Positions 39,658-50,189 are shown, numbered from the stretch's first letter. The stretch is DNA of 55,875 bases from an uncultured Nitrososphaerota archaeon (GCA_964518475.1 CAZFGR010000006.1:23355-79229), one strand, 5' to 3'. The notes: a model not told the origin generated them from the letters alone. Numbers and translations are program-made.

Positions 39658-40068
39658 CTATATGAAAAGCGCTACATCAGCCTGCCTTGCGGCATCAACC
39701 ATCTCAGTAGCTCCACACATATCATCTACAAGTATCAAGTCATCTAATGTTGCATTCCAAGCCTTAGCAGCAGCTCCACACGCATGAATCCTTACAGTAC
39801 CCATCTCTTTGAGCTCTTTTAACATCTCGTACCATGGTTTCAGACCAGCTCTCTTTAAACCTTCTTCAACTTGGGAAGCAAGCTCTTTGTGCTCTATTAA
39901 CTCTTTATTTTTCTCTACGACATCCTTTCTGAAAGCGTAGACTCCCCAAAGCATTAAGTATATGTCTACTTCCATATCTAGAGCTACAGCACCACTTACA
40001 AGAACAGCCATTCCAAGCAATCTGTCAGGCGTTCCATTATTGACAATTATGACCATTCTTCCAGGCAT
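39658..40068 (-). CDS. DsrE/DrsE-family sulfurtransferase-like protein
   Basis: A.ALD.EV.IY...WGV, IHAC and ..GA..M....A...LFI; start placed at ATG 40068 after GGTG. Confidence 0.85.
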   Translation of the reverse strand: MPGRMVIIVNNGTPDRLLGMAVLVSGAVALDMEVDIYLMLWGVYAFRKDVVEKNKELIEHKELASQVEEGLKRAGLKPWYEMLKELKEMGTVRIHACGAAAKAWNATLDDLILVDDMCGATEMVDAARQADVALFI

Positions 40069-40601
40069 ACATAACACCTAGGAAACTATTATATCTTAAC
40101 ACAAGTAGAGATCCTTTTTTAGCATTTAATATAAGGTCTATAGGGAAAATGATTGTAAAAATAATAAGTTTATTACGTCTATTGATTCTATATATTCCAA
40201 TCAGTTATAAGTATAGAAGTAGTATAGTATATATTATACCTTCATATATAGTATATAAAGAAGCGTTGTTCTATAACTTTGTCTACGAGATACTAACTGT
40301 ATTTCATCATTCCCCCTCGAAACTAGGATTTATATTCACGGTTCTAAGGTAAGAATTCGCTTCACGATAACAGATAACTTGGCTGATATTATCGATATTA
40401 TAGTGGCCATCTTGTTGATCTTCTTCCGTACTAAATAGTACTTGGAGAAGATATTTGAAACTATTTCTGTGTTATATTAACGAAAACAAGTTAAATTAAC
40501 TCCTTCTACGGTCTAACAATTTATTTTAAATATTAGCCATGCCTAATTAATACTTATTTTTGTAGAAATATATAGGTTCCTCCAAAACTCAGGGACCTTG
40601 A

Positions 40602-41996
40602 ATGCGTATTCTTTTAATAAACCCACCAACAATCCACGCTTTGAAGAAAATAGCTGGTGTTACTGGTCCCCCTCTGGGCCTAGCCTATTTAGCAGCAGTA
40701 GCTAGGGAAAATGGTTTTACTGTTAAAATAATTGATGCTGTAGCTGAGAATCTATCGCTGAAGGAGCTTTCACGGGAGATAAAATTTTTTGACCCCGATG
40801 TTGTTGGGGTAACGGCTACTACTCCTATGATACCTGATGCCTACGCGGTTGCGCATATAACCAAGATGATCAATCCGAACGCCCTAGTAATTATCGGAGG
40901 GCCGCATGTAACTTTCTTGCCAGAAAGAACGCTTCGAGAATGCCCTTACATCGATATAGTTGTGCGGGGAGAGGGAGAAAAAACATTCGAAGAATTACTA
41001 AACACTATAGATTCTGAAAAGAGACTACAAGATGTCAGAGGAATCACTTATCTTGATAAAGAGGGGAGAATAAGATCCACCCCTCCCCGCCCACTAATAA
41101 GGAATATTGATGATATTCCCATCCCAGCCTACGATCTATTACCTCTAGACAAGTATCAAATTGACGGCATCAACTTCGCCACAATCATAACTTCCCGGGG
41201 CTGTCCCTATAATTGCATTTTCTGCTCTTCATCAGCATTATTTGGTCACGTATATAGAGCACACAGCGTGGATAGAGTCTTAGAAGAGGTAAGTCTCCTT
41301 AGATACAAATTCAATATCCGAGAAATCGAATTCTTGGACGACACCTTCACATTAAATAAGAAACGAGCGAAGGAGATCTCTAAAGAGATAGTTAGAAATG
41401 ATATGGATGTTTCCTGGAGCGCCTCGTCTCGTGTAAATACTATCGATTACGAGACCGCTTTATACATGAGACGTGCTGGGGCTCATACAGTGTATCTTGG
41501 GATTGAATCAGGCACTCAAAAAATCCTGAATTTCATTCGGAAAAAAATAACTCTAAATCAAGCTAGAGACGCTGTTAAAGTTTCTAAGAAAGCAGGTTTA
41601 GGCGTTCTCGGATCATTTGTAATCGGCTTTCCCATAGAGACGCTCCAGGACATAAATACTACAATAAGTTTTTCGAAAAGTCTTGATCTCGAAGCTGCCC
41701 AGTATACTGTAGCTACGCCCTATCCCGGCACAGATCTCTGGACTTATTCTATCCGACACAAGTTATTATTAACAGAGGATTGGCGGAAATACACCGCCTT
41801 AGACGTTGTAATGAAGAGCTTTTTCTTATCACCGAAGCAGATAAAGCGCTTATTATTCAAAGCTTACGTGTCTTTTTATCTCAGGCTAAAGTATATTGTC
41901 GAGGATATCGTTAAGCGCGGCGGCTTAATCACTCTGAAGGCGATAGTAGGTACCATAAAATCAATTATTGAAAAGTTGTGGTTAACAAAAAGCTAG
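40602..41996 (+). CDS. B12-binding radical SAM enzyme
   Basis: PPLGLAYLAA, GGPH.T, VVRGEGE, SRGCPYNCIFC and GIESG. Confidence 0.92.
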   Translation: MRILLINPPTIHALKKIAGVTGPPLGLAYLAAVARENGFTVKIIDAVAENLSLKELSREIKFFDPDVVGVTATTPMIPDAYAVAHITKMINPNALVIIGGPHVTFLPERTLRECPYIDIVVRGEGEKTFEELLNTIDSEKRLQDVRGITYLDKEGRIRSTPPRPLIRNIDDIPIPAYDLLPLDKYQIDGINFATIITSRGCPYNCIFCSSSALFGHVYRAHSVDRVLEEVSLLRYKFNIREIEFLDDTFTLNKKRAKEISKEIVRNDMDVSWSASSRVNTIDYETALYMRRAGAHTVYLGIESGTQKILNFIRKKITLNQARDAVKVSKKAGLGVLGSFVIGFPIETLQDINTTISFSKSLDLEAAQYTVATPYPGTDLWTYSIRHKLLLTEDWRKYTALDVVMKSFFLSPKQIKRLLFKAYVSFYLRLKYIVEDIVKRGGLITLKAIVGTIKSIIEKLWLTKS

Positions 41997-42049
41997 AGAC
42001 TATTTAGGAAAAGAAAAAGAGAAAATGTGACATAGTATAAGGAAGCTTT

Positions 42050-43558
42050 TTAAGATACTGCAGCCCAGTAGATTGAGGGATTTAGAAGGCTCTCTGTTGC
42101 GTTTTGGATATAGCTTAGCACGATGCCTGGATAGATGCTTACAATTATTATTGCAACGAATATTAGTGTCAACGCAGCTATCATTTCATTCAATTCTTTG
42201 TAATTACTCTCTTTTGTTACTTTCTTTTCTTTTGGTTGCTTCATTATTATGTATTTTATGAGTCTTCCATAGTACCCTATTGAAATTATACTATTCACGA
42301 GTACTAATGCGGCGATTATCAGACCTCGATATCCATCAATGCTTAATGCCGCCCATACGATGAGAAGCTTTGAGAAGAACGTCGAGAAGGGTGGGAGACC
42401 CATTAAACCTATTGCTCCTCCTCCGAAAATAGTTCCAGCTATGGGCATTGATCTACCTATACCGCTTAGATCGTCGAGTTTTCGGCTTCCCGCTTCGTGA
42501 ACAAAAATACCTGCCCCCATGAACATCATTGCTTTAAATAATGCATGATTTATCATGTGGAAAATTGCTGCAGCTATGCCCAACGCTGTTCCTGTTGCTA
42601 CACCGACGAGTATTACTCCTATATTATAGATGCTTGAGTACGCTAGTATCCTCTTTACATCGTCTTGAGCGAGAGCTATTATATTGGGTATAGTAATTGT
42701 CAAGGCACCAATTATCAAGAGGAGATCATATAGTTCAAATCTTATACCAGAGGAGAGTACTAGAAGCCTTATTATAGCGTAAACACCCGATTTAATAACC
42801 ACACCAGATAGCATAGCACTTATGCCACTAGGCGCTGCTGGGTGGGCATCAATTAGCCACGAGTGCATGGGGAATATAGCGGCTTTAAACGAGAATCCAC
42901 AGACTAGCAGAGTAATCACGAAAAACTTTGTCAAGTTGGAGCCCATTTCATATAATTGCTTTGTTGCTAATGCAATGTTTAGAGTTCCAGCTACACCATA
43001 TAGAAGAGCAAAACCTAGGAGAACCAGTGTACTCCCAGTAGCGTCCATTATCAAGTATTTAAAAGCTGCTTCAACCGCTTCCTCATTCTTAAAATAAGCT
43101 ACTAATGAGATAGCGCTGACGCTCAAAGATTCGTAAAAGACAAAGAATGTTAAGAAGTCTCCAGCATAAACTATACCTATGAGACTGAGTAGCATGACTA
43201 GTAAGAGAATATAATAGGCATTGAGTGCATGTCTTCCCTCCATGTATTTTAGGGAATATATAGCGACTACGAATGTTACAAATGCAAAAAGTACGGCCAT
43301 GATAGCGCTGAAGCTGTCGATTATTAGACAAGATGTACTCGGGGACTGTGCTGTAAACCATACAGTGATTGGGTAATGCAGCGTCATTTGGAGAACTTGT
43401 ACAGTTTCTATTAGTGTTAATAGTGATACTACAGCTCCAATGCTTCCAAGTAAATAATTATTTTTCCTTACTGACTCTTTCAGTCCCACTAACACTATTA
43501 ATACTATACCTAAAATGATAGTTAGGAAAATGTTTAATGGAGGCGATAAAAGGTTCAT
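42050..43558 (-). CDS. Antiporter-like subunit (MrpD/NuoM-N type) of the group 4 hydrogenase
   Basis: FVF.E, EAAFKY, KAA.FP.H.WL.DAHP.AP, KR.LAYSS and NHALFK. Confidence 0.9.
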   Translation of the reverse strand: MNLLSPPLNIFLTIILGIVLIVLVGLKESVRKNNYLLGSIGAVVSLLTLIETVQVLQMTLHYPITVWFTAQSPSTSCLIIDSFSAIMAVLFAFVTFVVAIYSLKYMEGRHALNAYYILLLVMLLSLIGIVYAGDFLTFFVFYESLSVSAISLVAYFKNEEAVEAAFKYLIMDATGSTLVLLGFALLYGVAGTLNIALATKQLYEMGSNLTKFFVITLLVCGFSFKAAIFPMHSWLIDAHPAAPSGISAMLSGVVIKSGVYAIIRLLVLSSGIRFELYDLLLIIGALTITIPNIIALAQDDVKRILAYSSIYNIGVILVGVATGTALGIAAAIFHMINHALFKAMMFMGAGIFVHEAGSRKLDDLSGIGRSMPIAGTIFGGGAIGLMGLPPFSTFFSKLLIVWAALSIDGYRGLIIAALVLVNSIISIGYYGRLIKYIIMKQPKEKKVTKESNYKELNEMIAALTLIFVAIIIVSIYPGIVLSYIQNATESLLNPSIYWAAVS

Positions 43559-43574
43559 AGTCTGTTCACCCCAG

Positions 43575-45557
43575 TTAGATCAGCACTAATATGAGAAGGA
43601 TTACTATTCCAGCAACAGCATAAGCAATATTCACATTCGAAATACCAGTCTGAATCCTTCGTAATACTTGAGAAACGCCTTTAACTCCATCTACAAATAT
43701 GACATAGTAAGCCTTGTTGATATACCATCGATTATACAAGAACTTCCATATAGCTCTTAGAACAATACTCTTCTCCATAAGCTTCTTCACATCGATTGTC
43801 TGTTTAACAAACGCATAATAGCTTGGTACTAAGCCGACTACGATTAGGGCTCCCGATATGAAAAATGTTCTTGAAGAAAGAGTCTCTAGGAAGTATGTGA
43901 GTATATTAGCGGGCTCAAACGCATGAGATAATGTACCGTGCTCGATGAATTCGAAGATCGCAGGTCCTAGGATACTTAAAATCACTGTTGACGCTGCTAG
44001 GACTATTAGAGGAAGCACCATTGATATGCTCTTCTCTCTTATGCCATGCTCCTCAATAATATGCTTTACATGCTCGCTCTCTTTTCCAAAGAATACGTAC
44101 CCAATCATTCGAATTGTGTAGAAAGCTGTGAGTGCTACTGTAACGACCGCCAATAGGAAAAGTATCATGTTGCCAGACTCGTAACTGGCTGCGATTATAC
44201 CTTCTTTGCTGAAGGCTCCAGAGAATGGTGGGATACCCATTAATGAAAGAGCCCCCATCAGCATTGTCCAGAAGGTTATTGGCATGTATTTAGCCAGTCC
44301 TCCCATCTCATCTAGGTATTTTGTGTGAACTGTGTGAAGAATCGCTCCTGCTGCTAGGAATAATAATGCTTTGAATACAGCGTGAGATGCTAGGTGGTAG
44401 AGTCCGTAGAGATATGCATGCTCATGATGAATTATTAAGCCAGCTACTCCCAATGCTAGGAACATGTAGCCCAGTTGGCTTATTGTTGAGTACGCAAGGA
44501 CTTTCTTTAGCTCTCTCGCAACCATTCCTTGAGAAGCTGCTAGGAAAGCGGTGAAAGCACCAATATAAGCCACTATTAGGAAGAACATTTTTGCTTGCGG
44601 ATAATAATTTGTTGCTTCTAACATTATCGGGAAGAACCTAGCAACAAAGTATACACCAGCTTTCACCATCGTAGCCGCGTGGATAAGTGCACTAACCGTT
44701 GTTGGACCAGCCATCGCTTCCGGCAACCATTCGTGATAGGGAAATTGAGCACTCTTACCGAAAGGTCCAGAGAGGATAAACAAGGTAAATACTGGTAGAA
44801 GTCCTAGCCTCGCTAATTCCCCTATCCATTTCAGTTCTTGATCAGCCATTAATCTGGTGAATGAGAATATCGGCGCTCCATAAACTCTCCAAGTGACCCA
44901 GCCAATCATGAGGATTGCTACTAAGAAGAATGTGTCCGCGAACCCCGTCGTTACTAAGGCTTTAAAGCCGCAATGTGCATTATATTCTCCCTCGGTGGCA
45001 AATCGGGGATCTGGACTTGGAGCTGTAGATTTGTACCAAAAACTGATTAGTCCCCAGCTGCATAATCCTACAAGTTCCCACGATATAAACATCTGCAGTA
45101 GATTATTCGATAGTACTAGGAGGATCATGGATCCAACGAATAGATTCATCCAGAACCAGTACCTTCCAATGTCCACTTCTTCACCCATATAATAAATGCT
45201 GAAAACAAAGATCCATAGCGCGATAAAGGACACTATATTAGCCATGAAGACACTTAATGGATCTATTAAGAAGCCCAGATTAATACTGCTCCTGACTATT
45301 TTTGCGAGATCTATCCATACAAATTCGTGATCAAAAGGTATTTCCCCTAAGACTCTACCTGGCGAATATGTAGCGTAGCCAGCGAGAATATCTGGAATCA
45401 TAGATACCGCACATATGAAGGATGTTGTTACGCTAGCTATAGATAACGCAAATACAGCTGTTCTAGAGATTTTCGCGATGAATGGGGATAGTGCCGCAAT
45501 AATTATTGGAACTAACCATATCAAAATATCCGCATATGGGATCATATCACTCACCAC
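43575..45557 (-). CDS. Antiporter-like subunit (NuoL type) of the group 4 hydrogenase
   Basis: WELVGLCS, GKSAQFP.H.WLP.AMAGPT.VSALIHAATMV.AG and KKVLAYSTISQLG. Confidence 0.92.
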   Translation of the reverse strand: MVSDMIPYADILIWLVPIIIAALSPFIAKISRTAVFALSIASVTTSFICAVSMIPDILAGYATYSPGRVLGEIPFDHEFVWIDLAKIVRSSINLGFLIDPLSVFMANIVSFIALWIFVFSIYYMGEEVDIGRYWFWMNLFVGSMILLVLSNNLLQMFISWELVGLCSWGLISFWYKSTAPSPDPRFATEGEYNAHCGFKALVTTGFADTFFLVAILMIGWVTWRVYGAPIFSFTRLMADQELKWIGELARLGLLPVFTLFILSGPFGKSAQFPYHEWLPEAMAGPTTVSALIHAATMVKAGVYFVARFFPIMLEATNYYPQAKMFFLIVAYIGAFTAFLAASQGMVARELKKVLAYSTISQLGYMFLALGVAGLIIHHEHAYLYGLYHLASHAVFKALLFLAAGAILHTVHTKYLDEMGGLAKYMPITFWTMLMGALSLMGIPPFSGAFSKEGIIAASYESGNMILFLLAVVTVALTAFYTIRMIGYVFFGKESEHVKHIIEEHGIREKSISMVLPLIVLAASTVILSILGPAIFEFIEHGTLSHAFEPANILTYFLETLSSRTFFISGALIVVGLVPSYYAFVKQTIDVKKLMEKSIVLRAIWKFLYNRWYINKAYYVIFVDGVKGVSQVLRRIQTGISNVNIAYAVAGIVILLILVLI

Positions 45558-45871
45558 TTAAGCTTACTCAGTTTTCTTACATCTCTGGTCTTGAAGACTC
45601 GATATACCAGAATTGTAAGAGAGACAGCGAGTGCAGCGACTATTGATCCAACGGCCATCGAGATAATGACTATGCTACGGACTAGAGGATCAATTACACC
45701 AGGGGAGAACCAGTAACTAACGACAACAAATGTCATGTTAGCTGCTGCAAGCATCAGCTCTATCGCTAAGATCATTCGAAGCACGTTTCTTTTCGCTATT
45801 AAGGTGTATATCCCAATAGCATAGATTGCAAAACAAAGGGCAAAGTATACTTGAATCGGTAAAACAGTCAT
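45551..45871 (-). CDS. NuoK/MrpC-like membrane subunit
   Basis: G.Y.L..KRN..R...AIELM and C-terminal L..LKW; start placed at ATG 45871 after GGAGGTGA. Confidence 0.85.
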   Translation of the reverse strand: MTVLPIQVYFALCFAIYAIGIYTLIAKRNVLRMILAIELMLAAANMTFVVVSYWFSPGVIDPLVRSIVIISMAVGSIVAALAVSLTILVYRVFKTRDVRKLSKLKW

Positions 45872-45872
45872 G

Positions 45873-46142
45873 TCATTCACCTCCAGCTTCTTTACCAAAG
45901 AATATTGCCATACCAGCAGCCATCGCCACGACTAATATAGCCTGGATTATAATATCGAAGCCCCTTAAGAACCACAAGAACTCTGGCAACTTTTGTGAGA
46001 GAGCTTGTAAACTTGTTATAATCCTGGTGTTCCAGTCTGGTATTGCAGACGGATTCGCTATAGGTGTGTATGGCATGTAATAATATACGCTCAAGAAGAC
46101 AATAATTGCAATTACGCCGGCCAGGAAATATCCTATTCTCAT
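45873..46142 (-). CDS. Small membrane subunit (NuoJ C-terminal/MrpB-like)
   Basis: Two TM helices with an LW..RGFD motif; located in the operon. Confidence 0.7.
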   Translation of the reverse strand: MRIGYFLAGVIAIIVFLSVYYYMPYTPIANPSAIPDWNTRIITSLQALSQKLPEFLWFLRGFDIIIQAILVVAMAAGMAIFFGKEAGGE

Positions 46143-46420
46143 TTCTCTTCCTCCTCCACCTCTATCACTTCTGCCTTAGTTATGCTCAGATACAGGAGTA
46201 AGAGACTTGAAACAGCACCAGCGTATATTGTAGCTTGAAAAGCGGCCAGGTATGGATAACCGAGATATAAAAAGAGGATAGCCACAAGCATACTGAATAG
46301 CATGAAACCTCCCACTGCTCTCGAAACGGGCGAAGCTTCAGCCACGTAAATAGCGGCCACAAGTATCGCAATTATTATAAAGACCTCTAAAATCATTTCT
46401 GGGCTAATCATTCTTATCAC
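46139..46420 (-). CDS. Small membrane subunit (NuoJ N-terminal-like)
   Basis: Three TM helices with A.FQ..IYAGAV. Confidence 0.78.
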   Translation of the reverse strand: MIRMISPEMILEVFIIIAILVAAIYVAEASPVSRAVGGFMLFSMLVAILFLYLGYPYLAAFQATIYAGAVSSLLLLYLSITKAEVIEVEEEEK

Positions 46421-46421
46421 C

Positions 46422-47393
46422 TCACAATATGTAGGCCCTTACAATAACTGCTAAGAGAGCCTGCAACACGGCTAGAGGCGTGATTGCTTTCCAGAATCCT
46501 CTAAGAACATGATCGATCCTATACCTAGCCATAATAGCCTCAACTAATGAAACGATGAAAACCAATATGATCAGCTTAACCAAGAACCACACGAAATACA
46601 TTATTGGACCAAAAACATCTACGAAGGGCCCATAGCCTCCTCCTAGGTATAGAGCTACGCACAGACTTATTGCTAGTAAGAGTTCTAAATCCATGCTTAA
46701 TCTGTAGAAAGCAAGTCTTCGTCCACTAAGCTCTACCTGCCAACCACCAGCTATCTCCGTCTCGGCTTCTGCAATATCGAATGGTACCCTCTCTGTTTTG
46801 GCCATCGTGCTTATTAGCATTATGACGAATCCTAATGGAGCGTAGATGAAGATTGGTCCATATACTGTCTGGAATCGTGCAATATCCGCAATTATTGTAG
46901 AGCCAGCTATTAAGGCGGCTGACGCTATAGAGAGCACGTATGATATTTCAAATGATATTGTTAGCTCAGCGTACCTGGCTGAGCCTACTATGGCATAGGG
47001 GCTAGGAGTAACATATCCCGTCAACACGATTAGTGTGGCGAATATTGCTGAGAGACCAATGATGAATATGAGGTCTCCTGGATAGCTTAAGATTGGTTCT
47101 GGCGAGAAGATTGGTATGAACATTAGAGAGAAGGTAACTAAAGATGCTTGAAGAATGGGGATTATTGTTAATAATAGTTTGTCCGCGCCAGTGGGGGTTA
47201 TTTCTTCCTTACTCATAAGTTTTAAAAAGTCCGCTAATGGTTGCAGAAAACCTTTTGGTCCCGTAACCAATGGCCCTATCCTTGACTGCATCCTTGCAAC
47301 AAATTTTCTCTCAAGCCACTCTACAATAAACGCAAATATCATGAAGATAGGAATTAGTACTACTATCACGTATTCCATAGTCCTCCCTCTCAT
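46422..47393 (-). CDS. NuoH/HycD-like membrane subunit
   Basis: ERK..ARMQSRIGP, QPLADFLKL..KE and R.PFD.AEAE.E. Confidence 0.93.
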   Translation of the reverse strand: MRGRTMEYVIVVLIPIFMIFAFIVEWLERKFVARMQSRIGPLVTGPKGFLQPLADFLKLMSKEEITPTGADKLLLTIIPILQASLVTFSLMFIPIFSPEPILSYPGDLIFIIGLSAIFATLIVLTGYVTPSPYAIVGSARYAELTISFEISYVLSIASAALIAGSTIIADIARFQTVYGPIFIYAPLGFVIMLISTMAKTERVPFDIAEAETEIAGGWQVELSGRRLAFYRLSMDLELLLAISLCVALYLGGGYGPFVDVFGPIMYFVWFLVKLIILVFIVSLVEAIMARYRIDHVLRGFWKAITPLAVLQALLAVIVRAYIL

Positions 47394-47704
47394 TCTTTAG
47401 GTGCTAGTAAAAGGGCTAGCAGAATTATCAGAATGTAGATTAATGGAAGAACTATCAACACTCCAGCTCCAAATGCTAGAAGTACTAGCAGACCAGCTGT
47501 TTCAAAAGCCGTGAACAGACTAACGTAATAAATCCACTTTATCCTGTAAGGTACTCTCATCGGATGATATTTCTCTCCACTTACGAATGGGAGAAGAGCC
47601 TCCCTCTTCTTTCCCTTCCTCTCGCCCTTTCCTAGACTATACAAAATGGCGAAGAATACCACAATTATAATAAACGCTATAGCGAGATCCCAGAACGTAA
47701 CCAT
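47390..47704 (-). CDS. NuoA-like membrane subunit
   Basis: TM, PF.SGE loop, Y...F..FE, then 2 TM helices. Confidence 0.7.
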   Translation of the reverse strand: MVTFWDLAIAFIIIVVFFAILYSLGKGERKGKKREALLPFVSGEKYHPMRVPYRIKWIYYVSLFTAFETAGLLVLLAFGAGVLIVLPLIYILIILLALLLAPKE

Positions 47705-47753
47705 TTAAAATCACCCTTTCAATAATTCTCTATCGCCATGGAAAAATTAGTTA

Positions 47754-48098
47754 TCAGATTCTAAGTTCGTCTTTCTTGATAATTGCAGTGTGGTAATTCT
47801 TGGTAAAACTGATTGCCTTAGTGGGACAAATCTCGATACAAGAGCCACAGAAAACGCATTTTGATAGATCGAATGAGGGTCTCTTTTTTGTTTTTGTTCT
47901 CTCATCAGGAACCATTGTTATTACTTGTGTAGGACATACACGTGCACAAGAGCCGCATCCAATGCATTTCGAAATATCAAACATTAATACCCCTCTATAG
48001 CCGTCGGGAACAGGTGTCTCTTTCATAGGATACGGTAGAGTAGCTGGCTTCCGAACAAAGCTTTTAAGGGCTTCTTTAAATAGTACTCCCCAAGACAT
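47754..48098 (-). CDS. NuoI/HycF-like 2x[4Fe-4S] subunit
   Basis: T..YP.....P..YRG, CIGCGSC...CP and CVFCGSC...CP. Confidence 0.92.
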   Translation of the reverse strand: MSWGVLFKEALKSFVRKPATLPYPMKETPVPDGYRGVLMFDISKCIGCGSCARVCPTQVITMVPDERTKTKKRPSFDLSKCVFCGSCIEICPTKAISFTKNYHTAIIKKDELRI

Positions 48099-49304
48099 TT
48101 ATCTCCTCTCCTCCCTAACCAGTAATTTATTCCTCTTATACCATTTCAGAGAGTAGCGGTGCAACTCCTCATGACTCATAACAGTTTTCTTCTCCTTGTT
48201 CACATCAACAATCACCACCCTATCCATACAACTCATACAAGGATCAATACCTGCGACGATTGGTGGGATGTCAGCGATATAATGTCCCTTCACCATGTGA
48301 ATCACTGAGGCTATGTTAGCAAGGGTTGGTGTACGTATCTTTATTCGTTCCGGATTTAACGAGCCATTGGATTTTAGATAGTAGAAGAGTTCTCCTCTAG
48401 GAGCTTCTACTCGAGAAATTGCTTCGTTTTCAGGCGGCTTCATAAATGGAGAGATTTTTAGATTAATAGCGCCGTTCTTAGGCATGTTAAAAACTATCCA
48501 TTTAATGACGTCAGCACTGATAACCATCTCTCTAATACGGACAAGAATCCGAGCCAATACATCACATCCAGTATCTACTACTATAGAGAAAGGAGCTTCT
48601 TCATAAACACCATACGGCATGTCTTGTCTCACGTCTCTACGAACTCCAGATGCTCTAGCAGTGGGCCCGACCGTGTTTAATCTAATCGCGTCTGTTTTGC
48701 TTAGATATCCCACTCCTTGTGTTCGATCTAGTACTGTTCTTTCGTTTAAGACAACTTTTTCGTAGAATTGTGCTCTCTCCGCTATATAATTAGCTACATC
48801 CATTGCTTTCTTGAGCATCTCATACGTTACGTCTCTCCTAACTCCTCCAATCGTGCTTATTGAGTATCCAACTCTTCTGCCACTAATCAACTCTACCAGA
48901 TCGAGAACATATTCCCTATCCTTCCAAGTATACATGAATAATGTATCAAACCCAATCTCGTGCATTATTACTCCTAGCCATAATAAGTGACTATGCAGCC
49001 TCTCTAATTCCCACATAAGAGTCCTTATATACAAGGCTTTCTCAGGCGGTTCTTTCTCGTAGATTTTTTCAGCTCCCTGAGCATAACACCCCTGGTGAGC
49101 AGAAGAGCATATTCCACAGACTTTCTCTAGGAGATATAGGTTCTGGAACCACGTTTTCCTTTCCGCCAACTTTTCTATACCTCTGTGCACGAACCCAATA
49201 TTAGGCTCTGCATCAACCACGACTTCTCCTTCAACATAAAAAGTCAGATTTATTGGCTCTTTAAGCATTGGATGGATAGGTCCTATGGGCAGTTTAACAC
49301 TCAT
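48099..49304 (-). CDS. Group 4 [NiFe]-hydrogenase large subunit
   Basis: GP.HP, HRGIEK, CGIC (L1) and DPCMSCMDR (L2) with all four Ni-Fe cysteines, plus a C-terminal extension. Confidence 0.92.
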   Translation of the reverse strand: MSVKLPIGPIHPMLKEPINLTFYVEGEVVVDAEPNIGFVHRGIEKLAERKTWFQNLYLLEKVCGICSSAHQGCYAQGAEKIYEKEPPEKALYIRTLMWELERLHSHLLWLGVIMHEIGFDTLFMYTWKDREYVLDLVELISGRRVGYSISTIGGVRRDVTYEMLKKAMDVANYIAERAQFYEKVVLNERTVLDRTQGVGYLSKTDAIRLNTVGPTARASGVRRDVRQDMPYGVYEEAPFSIVVDTGCDVLARILVRIREMVISADVIKWIVFNMPKNGAINLKISPFMKPPENEAISRVEAPRGELFYYLKSNGSLNPERIKIRTPTLANIASVIHMVKGHYIADIPPIVAGIDPCMSCMDRVVIVDVNKEKKTVMSHEELHRYSLKWYKRNKLLVREERR

Positions 49305-49314
49305 AGTTCTTCAC

Positions 49315-49752
49315 CTACTCAAACTTAGCATCCTTCCTAAGAGGGTGGAAATCTTCCGGCACGTCTTCCGGGAGAAGAAGCCTCTTGAGTCTTGGATGAC
49401 CATCGAACTTAACGCCCAGTAAATCGTAAACCTCTCTCTCATAAACTAGAGCACTTGGATAAAGATCTATGACTGAGGGAGCTATCGGATTATCCCTATC
49501 TACAAATGTTCTAACATTCACATTTACAGCACGTCCATCAGTAAACTTCACTAGATGATAAACGAGCATGATCTTCTCTCCAGTATCATATCCAGTAATC
49601 GTTGATAAATGATCAAATCCGTTCTTGGCTAGATAACCTAGAACCTCCTTCAGTGATTCGATACTGATCTCTACCCACGCCTCACCAAATTTATCCACAT
49701 AACAATTCGCCTTATCGCCAAAAACTTTCGAGATCTCCTCGCAGATACTCAT
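49315..49752 (-). CDS. NuoC-like subunit
   Basis: YERE.YDL.G..F.GHP....L and HPLRKD. Confidence 0.92.
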   Translation of the reverse strand: MSICEEISKVFGDKANCYVDKFGEAWVEISIESLKEVLGYLAKNGFDHLSTITGYDTGEKIMLVYHLVKFTDGRAVNVNVRTFVDRDNPIAPSVIDLYPSALVYEREVYDLLGVKFDGHPRLKRLLLPEDVPEDFHPLRKDAKFE

Positions 49753-50189
49753 TTCTCACCCCTCTCTATCTTCTCTATCAACTTAACAAACGCGTCTATA
49801 ATCGCTTCTGGCTTCGCTGGACAACCAATAACATAAGCATCTACAGGCAAGACCTTGTCCACTGATCCCATTGTGTTATAAGATCCTTGGAAAAGACCTC
49901 CCGTACTTCCACAAGTACCAACAACTACAACATATTTAGGATCCGGCATTTGTTCGTATACTCTTAACACCCTGGGGAGTGACTTCTTTGTAATGGGACC
50001 AGTAACCACAAGGACATCAGCGTGCCTAGGAGACCCAACAAGCTTTATTCCGAAACGTTCGACGTCGTATCGTGGAGTAAATAGGTCTAGAATCTCTATA
50101 TCGCAACCATTGCAACTACCAGTATTTAGATGAAAAACCCATAGAGATCTCTTCAAAGCCCATTTTTTCAGTCGAGAAAGCAACGGCAT
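49749..50189 (-). CDS. Group 4 hydrogenase small subunit (NuoB/HycG-like)
   Basis: SCNGCDIE, DVERFG, SPRHAD, GTC and GCP; start placed at ATG 50189 after GGGTG. Confidence 0.93.
   Translation of the reverse strand: MPLLSRLKKWALKRSLWVFHLNTGSCNGCDIEILDLFTPRYDVERFGIKLVGSPRHADVLVVTGPITKKSLPRVLRVYEQMPDPKYVVVVGTCGSTGGLFQGSYNTMGSVDKVLPVDAYVIGCPAKPEAIIDAFVKLIEKIERGEK

Noticed and set aside
40149-40352. 67-aa ORF in the AT-rich region upstream of dsrE
   Set aside because: Low-complexity Ile/Tyr-rich translation of promoter-like DNA, with no SD or recognisable motif.
48099-49304. Interpretation as NuoD/FpoD or the sulfane reductase MbsL
   Set aside because: Both CxxC Ni-Fe motifs are complete and are followed by a processing-type C-terminal extension, as in true hydrogenases.
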